Shown one piece after another: positions 58,235-64,000 of a stretch of DNA of 64,000 nt. The stretch covers positions 288,001 through 352,000 of the forward strand of contig CBDFIQ010000001.1 of assembly GCA_965248195.1 (NCBI GenBank), written 5' to 3'. The position numbers and the translations under genes are program-made. Within the stretch, counting starts at the first letter, position 1. The number at the start of each line of letters is the position of its first letter. The notes under the pieces are model-generated. The model was not told the origin of the DNA, ran no database searches, and saw nothing but the letters and a program-made list of their open reading frames with translations. The stretch is from Longimicrobiales bacterium (GTDB lineage: Bacteria; Gemmatimonadota; Gemmatimonadetes; Longimicrobiales; Gaopeijiaceae).

Positions 58235-60454
58235 TTGCTGCCACGAATCGTGACTCTAACACACCGGAGTGGCTGGTTACACAGATTCTTGTTGACCAGC
58301 CTTTTGTTTGCATCGACCGCGATGTGTGCGGCCGCGCAGGTGTCTCCGGCACCAGACGTCAACGCGCACCGCCTTCCTCCCGGGGAGGCATCCGTCCTCC
58401 GTGTCGACGGCCTACTGGACGAGGCCGCTTGGCGCGATGCACCGATGGCATCCGGGTTCAGGCAGCAAGAGCCGCTCGAAGGAGAGCCCGCGACCGAAAT
58501 CACCGAGGTCCGAGTCCTCTTCGACGACGCCACGCTCTACGTGGGCGTACTGGCCCGAGACCGCTCTCCTGATGAGGTGATCGCCCGCATTCTTCAGCGG
58601 GACAAGCTCATGGAGCTGGGCTTCGAGGCAACGCCGGAATTCACGAGTGACGACGCCGTCGTGATCGTCCTCGATCCGTTCCACGATCACCGGAACGCCG
58701 TCGTTTTCGGCACGAACCCGAACGGTGCCGAGTTCGACGCGCTCATAACGGACGAAGGTCGCGAGTTCAATATCGATTGGCGGGGTGTTTGGGAGGTCGC
58801 CGCACAGCGAACGCCCGAGGGTTGGTCCGCGGAGTTCGCGATCCCATTCCGCTCACTGCGTTTTCCGGAGGCGTCCGCTGAGCCGTGGGGTTTCAACGTC
58901 TACCGGATCATCCGGAGAAAAAACGAGGAGGTGCTTTGGAGCTCCTGGTCCCGCTCGAACGAGGGATTCACCCGCGTGAGCAGGGCCGGGCACATCCATG
59001 GCCTGGCCGATCTGCCCCGGGCGGGGCTGAACGTGGAGCTGAAACCGTACGTGTTGGCAGGAGGCGCCGAGGAGCGGGACTCGTTCGGCCGCTTGGACAC
59101 CGATGGGGAAATCGACATCGGACTCGATGCGAAGTACGAGGTGAGACCTGGACTGGTCCTGGACGCCACGCTCAACACCGACTTTGCCCAGGTCGAAGTA
59201 GACGATCAGCAGGTCAACCTGACGCGCTTCAGTCTCTTCTTCCCCGAGAAGCGGGATTTCTTCCTGGAGAATGCGGGCATCTTCGAGATGGGGCAGCGAG
59301 GCGTGTTCGGGGAGCCACCTCCGTTTCTCATGTTTTTCTCGAGGCGAATCGGTATTTCGGAGGACGGACCGATCCCGGTGATGGGCGGATTGCGACTCAC
59401 GGGCCGAGCCGGGCGCCAGACCGTGGGCCTCATCAACGTGGTCACGGACGCGGCGTTCGACGAGCCCCGAACGAACCACGCGATCGCCCGTGTAAAGCGC
59501 GACATCGGCGAAAGTAGTTACTTGGGCGCCATGGTCACGGATCGCCGGAGCACGGATCGTTGGAACTCGACCGGAGGGGTCGATTGGTCGTTCTGGCCTA
59601 GCTTCGGCGCCGCGACCGCAGCGAGCGGCCGGGGCGGTGAAGGGGCGGCCTACCGACTCGGCATCGATTACCAGACGGACACGTACGGAATCACCGCGGG
59701 CCACCTGGGTGTCGGCCCAGGCGCAACTGCCGAACTGGGGTTCATCACGAGGACCGATATTCAGCAGTCCGACGTTACGCTCCGCTTTACGCCGCGACCG
59801 AGAGTCCTCGGACTCCGGAGGCTCGAGTTCCAGTCGGTCAACAGGCTGGTCACCCGCTTCCGCGGGACGCTGCAGGACTTCGACGTCGGCCTATTCGTCT
59901 CACCGGAGTGGAATACCGGCGATAGGGTCGGATTCGGACTCTTCCGCGGGTTCAACAGGATCGACGAAGCGTTCGATATCGGTCAGGGCGTCATGGTCCC
60001 GGCCGATGACTACGACACCAGCCAAATCGGTTGGTTCGCCAGCTCCAGCAGAAACCGGCCGATCGCGCTGAACTCCATGGCCTTCTTACAGAATTTCTTC
60101 GGCGGTCATGTCAATTCGATCTCGAACACCATTGGCGTAAATCCGAACGCCAACCTCGAGTTGACCGTGGGTTATACGCACAACCGGGTCGATATGCCGG
60201 CGGGAGCGTTCACGGCCGATCTGGCTCGGTTCCAGGTCGGGTACTCGTTCTCGACGAGGCTCGTCGCCAACGCGCTGGTGCAGTACAACAAACGAGATGA
60301 CGAACTGTCCGTCAGCGTTCGCATCAATTTCATCCACAGGCCCGGCAGCGATCTCTTCATCGTGTTCAATGAGCAGCGCGGCAGCGCCACCTCGATATGG
60401 GACGTGAACACGAGGGCGGCCGTCGTGAAGTTGACATATTTAGCCAGGTTGTAA
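58235..60454 (+). CDS. CBM9-like sugar-binding domain + DUF5916 outer-membrane barrel protein
   Basis: VDGLLDEAAW, GWSAEFAIPFRSLRF, NTDFAQVEVD, FFPEKRDFFLE, FFSRRIG; start uncertain. Confidence 0.85.
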   Translation: MLPRIVTLTHRSGWLHRFLLTSLLFASTAMCAAAQVSPAPDVNAHRLPPGEASVLRVDGLLDEAAWRDAPMASGFRQQEPLEGEPATEITEVRVLFDDATLYVGVLARDRSPDEVIARILQRDKLMELGFEATPEFTSDDAVVIVLDPFHDHRNAVVFGTNPNGAEFDALITDEGREFNIDWRGVWEVAAQRTPEGWSAEFAIPFRSLRFPEASAEPWGFNVYRIIRRKNEEVLWSSWSRSNEGFTRVSRAGHIHGLADLPRAGLNVELKPYVLAGGAEERDSFGRLDTDGEIDIGLDAKYEVRPGLVLDATLNTDFAQVEVDDQQVNLTRFSLFFPEKRDFFLENAGIFEMGQRGVFGEPPPFLMFFSRRIGISEDGPIPVMGGLRLTGRAGRQTVGLINVVTDAAFDEPRTNHAIARVKRDIGESSYLGAMVTDRRSTDRWNSTGGVDWSFWPSFGAATAASGRGGEGAAYRLGIDYQTDTYGITAGHLGVGPGATAELGFITRTDIQQSDVTLRFTPRPRVLGLRRLEFQSVNRLVTRFRGTLQDFDVGLFVSPEWNTGDRVGFGLFRGFNRIDEAFDIGQGVMVPADDYDTSQIGWFASSSRNRPIALNSMAFLQNFFGGHVNSISNTIGVNPNANLELTVGYTHNRVDMPAGAFTADLARFQVGYSFSTRLVANALVQYNKRDDELSVSVRINFIHRPGSDLFIVFNEQRGSATSIWDVNTRAAVVKLTYLARL

Positions 60455-60502
60455 GGTCTCTCCCCGCTTCACGATCATCCTGAACATGGGGCGGTGGCCC
60501 TC

Positions 60503-61615
60503 TCACTCACGCCTGGAGTCACTCGATCCCTGCGCTTCCATTCTCTCCTCATAGCGCGCCCCGCTCAGTACGCTCGACAGACTGTAGTTCCCCTCGTGAC
60601 AAGCGTACTCGTAGAGCTTGTCGTTGAGCCTGTTGTACGGGATCACTCCTTCCCAGAGCTGGCTATAGGTCGTCGGATCGTCGATGGTAAACGCATAAAG
60701 AAACGTCTCTTCATCGACCCGCGTGAAGCGTTCGGTCACCTTCAGGTGCTCCGATGGAGAGATTCCCCGGAAAATCTGACGCGGACTGATGTTCGTGGTC
60801 TCGACCACGAGTACGTCGCCTTCCCACCGACCCCAGGAGTCGCCGAACCACGGACGGATGTGTGCAGGCAACGGCTCGGGCTCACCGAGCCGGATAATTC
60901 GCACATCGTGGACCATCTCCGCCTTGATCATCACGTAATCAGCGGTCTGTACGATGGTGTAGTTGTTGTTGTAGGCCGTGTTGGGGATCATCGGGGGTCC
61001 GGCACTGGAACCGAACGACACGATGCAACGCTCGGCGAGGGGTCTCAGCTCCGGGTGGTCGTATAGGCCGAATTGGTCCCTGAAGTCCCGGGACTCCTCG
61101 AGCCGCCGCTCGCCCTCCGGCGTGAGGGGCGGACGGCGCCCATTCGCTGGATTGGTGACCAGAGAGGTTACGTATTCGCCATCGACGATCGCTACCCGCG
61201 AGCCCCGATCCCAATAGACTTCGCTATACTCCGCGCCACTCAGTCGACGCTCATTACTCAGAGACCCATCCCCTTGGTTGTCCTCCCTTCCGCACGCGAC
61301 GGTCCCCGGGTTGGCGGGGCACCCATCTCCTGGCTGTTCGATCTCCTCGACCTCCTCCCTGGTGAACACCGGACCCCGACCCTCTTCCCGCTCAAACGGA
61401 GTGAGCGTCACGTTGGTCCAGTTCCCCTGGAGGTCCGGATGTCCGTCGGGGGTCCTGGGGATTTCCCACTTTCCGGCGTCGGCGGCTGGAGCCTGCGCCG
61501 CCGCGGTCGAGACGACGCCGGGCGCCGCGGTTGAACAGAGAACGGCTAGAAGTAGGGCAGAGTAACGCGACATCACTTCATGGCCTCGATTAACCACCGC
61601 CATACGAACGCTCAT
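60503..61615 (-). CDS. conserved secreted hypothetical protein
   Basis: Signal peptide; PRTPDGHPDLQGNW, ERC, GDSWGRWEGDVLVVET, YEYACHEGN; start 61615 (RBS GGAGGT) or 61573. Confidence 0.8.
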   Translation of the reverse strand: MSVRMAVVNRGHEVMSRYSALLLAVLCSTAAPGVVSTAAAQAPAADAGKWEIPRTPDGHPDLQGNWTNVTLTPFEREEGRGPVFTREEVEEIEQPGDGCPANPGTVACGREDNQGDGSLSNERRLSGAEYSEVYWDRGSRVAIVDGEYVTSLVTNPANGRRPPLTPEGERRLEESRDFRDQFGLYDHPELRPLAERCIVSFGSSAGPPMIPNTAYNNNYTIVQTADYVMIKAEMVHDVRIIRLGEPEPLPAHIRPWFGDSWGRWEGDVLVVETTNISPRQIFRGISPSEHLKVTERFTRVDEETFLYAFTIDDPTTYSQLWEGVIPYNRLNDKLYEYACHEGNYSLSSVLSGARYEERMEAQGSSDSRRE

Positions 61616-61819
61616 TTCGACCTCCATTCCCACGTGATCCACGACACTGACCGGCACACCTGTCAAATAGCCCTCCGACCGTTCAGGACGCAAGTCAGTT
61701 CGGCACCCGCTCCCGCGGCTCTTCGAACCAGTTGAGCACGACCCCGCTCTTGAAATCCGAGTGACTTCACGAGATATCATCCCAGGCCACTGACCACACC
61801 CAACCATCTGGAGAACTCA

Positions 61820-62311
61820 ATGCTCAACCACGTGACTTATCTCTACGGATTCAACCTCCGCTACGCGGAAAGGCTCGTGAAGGACCTGTCGACCGAGCAG
61901 ATGGCCGCGCAGCCCGGCGGCGTGATCAATCATCCGGCCTGGTCGCTCGGCCATCTCGTGATCTCGGCCGACCACCTCGGCCAGCTGTTGGGACTCGAGT
62001 CGAACCCGCCGGAGGGTTGGAGCAAGACCTTCAAGACCGGCGGGGAGCCGTCGGGCGACGCGTCGGTCTATCCGAGCAAAGAAAAGCTCCTCGGAGCGCT
62101 CCAGGAGCAGCATGCCAGGAACGCCGAGGCGGCGAAGAACTTCGATACCTCACGGTTCGCGGAACCCCATCCGAACGAAGGGACACGGAAATATTTCCCC
62201 ACGCTCGGGGACCAGGTCATCTTCCTGATGACGTCGCACGAGATGGACCACCTGGGACAGATCGCCGCGTGGCGTCGTGCGATGGGTCTTGGTCCGGCGA
62301 CAAGAGCCTGA
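61820..62311 (+). CDS. DinB/YfiT-family protein
   Basis: NHPAWSLGHL and HEMDHLGQ His triad. Confidence 0.88.
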   Translation: MLNHVTYLYGFNLRYAERLVKDLSTEQMAAQPGGVINHPAWSLGHLVISADHLGQLLGLESNPPEGWSKTFKTGGEPSGDASVYPSKEKLLGALQEQHARNAEAAKNFDTSRFAEPHPNEGTRKYFPTLGDQVIFLMTSHEMDHLGQIAAWRRAMGLGPATRA

Positions 62312-62369
62312 GCCCCGCTCGTGCTCTTCAGCACGAAACCGAGACGTTCAAAGGCTAAGTTCAACCCTT

Positions 62370-63128
62370 CTAGTTCCGGCGAAACGGAACGAACCGGACC
62401 GTAATGTCGTCACGTATCTCCACCTCACCTCCGGGCAGCTTCTCGACCACCCTCAGGATCTGGAAGGAGAGCGAATCACCTACCGGGATGATCATCCGGG
62501 CCCCAGGCCTCAGCTGTTCGATCAGTGGCTCGGGGACGTGCTCGGCCCCCGCCGTGACGAGGATTCCGTCGAACGGGCTCTGCTCGGGCCATCCGAGGTA
62601 CCCGTCACCGGCTCGGACAACCACGTTCGAAACTCCAAGTCGCTCGAGCCGGTCGGCTGCTGAGCGCGCCAGCTCCGGAATGATCTCGATGCTGTAGACT
62701 TCGGAGACCAATTCGGCCGCAACCGCCGCCTGGTACCCCGAACCGGTTCCGATCTCCAGTATCCGGTCGTCCGGCTCCAGCTGAACGAGTTCGGTCATCA
62801 ATGCGACGATGTAGGGCTGTGAAATCGTCTGCTGGAACTCGATCGGCAGCGGCGTATCATTGTAGGCGAAGGCCCGATATCGCTCGGGGACGTACTCGTG
62901 ACGGGGGACCCGCGACATGGCCTCGAGAACCCGGGCATCGGTGACTCCACGCGCCTCGATCTGTTCTACCACCATCTGGCGTCGTGCCTGCTCGAAGTCG
63001 ATGGCCTGTCGGGGGCGAGCGGAGGCGGTGGCCTGTCGGGGGCGAGCGGAGGCGGTGGCTTGATCCGGCGACGGGCGCCCGCACGACACGTTCAGAGCGA
63101 TCATGAGGGTAAGAAGCAGTTTCTTCAC
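62370..63128 (-). CDS. pcm: protein-L-isoaspartate O-methyltransferase
   Basis: QTISQPYIVA, LEIGTGSGYQAA, GDGYLGW, PFDGILVTAG, VRFVPF. Confidence 0.93.
   Translation of the reverse strand: MKKLLLTLMIALNVSCGRPSPDQATASARPRQATASARPRQAIDFEQARRQMVVEQIEARGVTDARVLEAMSRVPRHEYVPERYRAFAYNDTPLPIEFQQTISQPYIVALMTELVQLEPDDRILEIGTGSGYQAAVAAELVSEVYSIEIIPELARSAADRLERLGVSNVVVRAGDGYLGWPEQSPFDGILVTAGAEHVPEPLIEQLRPGARMIIPVGDSLSFQILRVVEKLPGGEVEIRDDITVRFVPFRRN
63002..63059. repeat. perfect 27-bp tandem duplication inside pcm
   Basis: TGGCCTGTCGGGGGCGAGCGGAGGCGG x2, encoding QATASARPR x2. Confidence 0.95.
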
Positions 63129-63330
63129 GCGAGTTCCTCGTGGGGGGTGAAGGTTCTGCGAAACCCCTCTTATACCTCACCCGATCGTGACCGTTCACTT
63201 AACCGTGTCCAGGGTCGTAGCTCTCCTTTCGCTGTTGCCCAGTCCGATTCTGTGCCTCACGTTATCCCGACCCGCGACCGGCCTCTTGGATCGGCCATGC
63301 TCCCCGCCCACGAGGATCGCATCAGGCCAG

Positions 63331-63681
63331 ATGAGCAAACGCCCTAAGCGACTGGGGAAGGAGGCCAAGGAACCCCCCTCCCCGCCCCCCACCCTAACGG
63401 GCATCGCCCAACTCCTCAGCGAGATGCAAGTCGCCACGCTCGACTTGCACCGCTACACGGCAGATCAGGCTCGGCTACGCGTGCGGGACTTTCTCACGAC
63501 CCACTCCCGCATCTCGGCTGAAGGGGTGGTGCACATCATCACCGGCAAGGGCACGGGCTCGGAGGGAGGCGCCGTGCTGTTCGAGGTCGTGCGAGACATG
63601 CTCGACGACGAGGCGGCTGACCATGTGGACCAGTACGCGGGCATGCTCGGAGGAGGAGGCTGGGTGGTACGGGTCAAATGA
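63331..63681 (+). CDS. Smr/MutS2 C-terminal domain protein
   Basis: TLDLH..T...A, VHIITGKGTGS, terminal GG.G..VV. Confidence 0.85.
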   Translation: MSKRPKRLGKEAKEPPSPPPTLTGIAQLLSEMQVATLDLHRYTADQARLRVRDFLTTHSRISAEGVVHIITGKGTGSEGGAVLFEVVRDMLDDEAADHVDQYAGMLGGGGWVVRVK

Positions 63682-63705
63682 GCCTTCGAGCTAGAAGACT
63701 CTACC

Positions 63706-64000
63706 TCAGCCCTCAGTCGAAGCCGCTTCCCTACCAGCGCCGCCTCCGCTCACGGCACCGATCGCCGCGCCAGCGATGCCCGTGCGGATGAGCTCGACGA
63801 CCGGATCCGCCAGTTGTCCCGTGAGCGTGAAGAAATTGAAGTTGGCGTAAATAAGCAGGTCCGCACCGAGCCAGAAGAGGAAGCCGACGAGGGCACCGGT
63901 CTTGAGGCCGTCCATCGCCGAAGATCCACCGGACCAGCCGATCGCCAAGGTGACGACCATCGCGATCGAGAGTGTGCCCACGACACCCGCCCACAGGATG
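63706..64000 (-). CDS. small membrane protein (DUF1761-like), 5' end outside the window
   Basis: Frame open to the window edge; G.K..A.VGFL, DP and GAAIG shared with 57530-57940. Confidence 0.65.
   Translation of the reverse strand, partial: ILWAGVVGTLSIAMVVTLAIGWSGGSSAMDGLKTGALVGFLFWLGADLLIYANFNFFTLTGQLADPVVELIRTGIAGAAIGAVSGGGAGREAASTEG

Noticed and set aside
1..64000. CRISPR array, rRNA, prophage, integron, retron/DGR
   Set aside because: No regularly spaced repeat-spacer units, rRNA-like sequence, phage genes, integrase or reverse transcriptase motifs were seen; manual inspection could miss small RNAs

Overview
GC-rich (roughly two-thirds GC by eye) bacterial chromosomal segment dominated by secreted/periplasmic proteins. 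The gene content suggests Gemmatimonadota or a similar lineage (inference only). All family names come from motifs recognised by eye; no searches were run. Highlights: (1) three copies of a functionally uncharacterised cassette, diheme DUF1592-family cytochrome c + Tat-type DUF1552 (HxxSHH) protein + secreted ankyrin protein, two in tandem (21.5-33.4 kb) and one divergent (42.5-48.0 kb). They are surrounded by four PAL-like NHL beta-propellers, two secreted creatininase-like proteins, cupins and a PQQ-type dehydrogenase. (2) A two-domain rhodanese whose catalytic Cys codon is an in-frame UGA followed by a SECIS-like hairpin, i.e. a probable selenoprotein (50274-51113) that the ORF track truncates. 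(3) A SusC/SusD pair whose SusC has a frameshift and an in-frame TAG, with an IS91-family remnant upstream. (4) A complete IS256-family element with a 9-bp target duplication and a frameshifted transposase. (5) A transporter/nucleoside hydrolase/ribokinase operon, a Tat amidase with a small partner, a DUF305+LVIVD pair, kynureninase, an S9 peptidase, pcm, an Smr protein and several gene relics. No rRNA, tRNA or CRISPR array was found.
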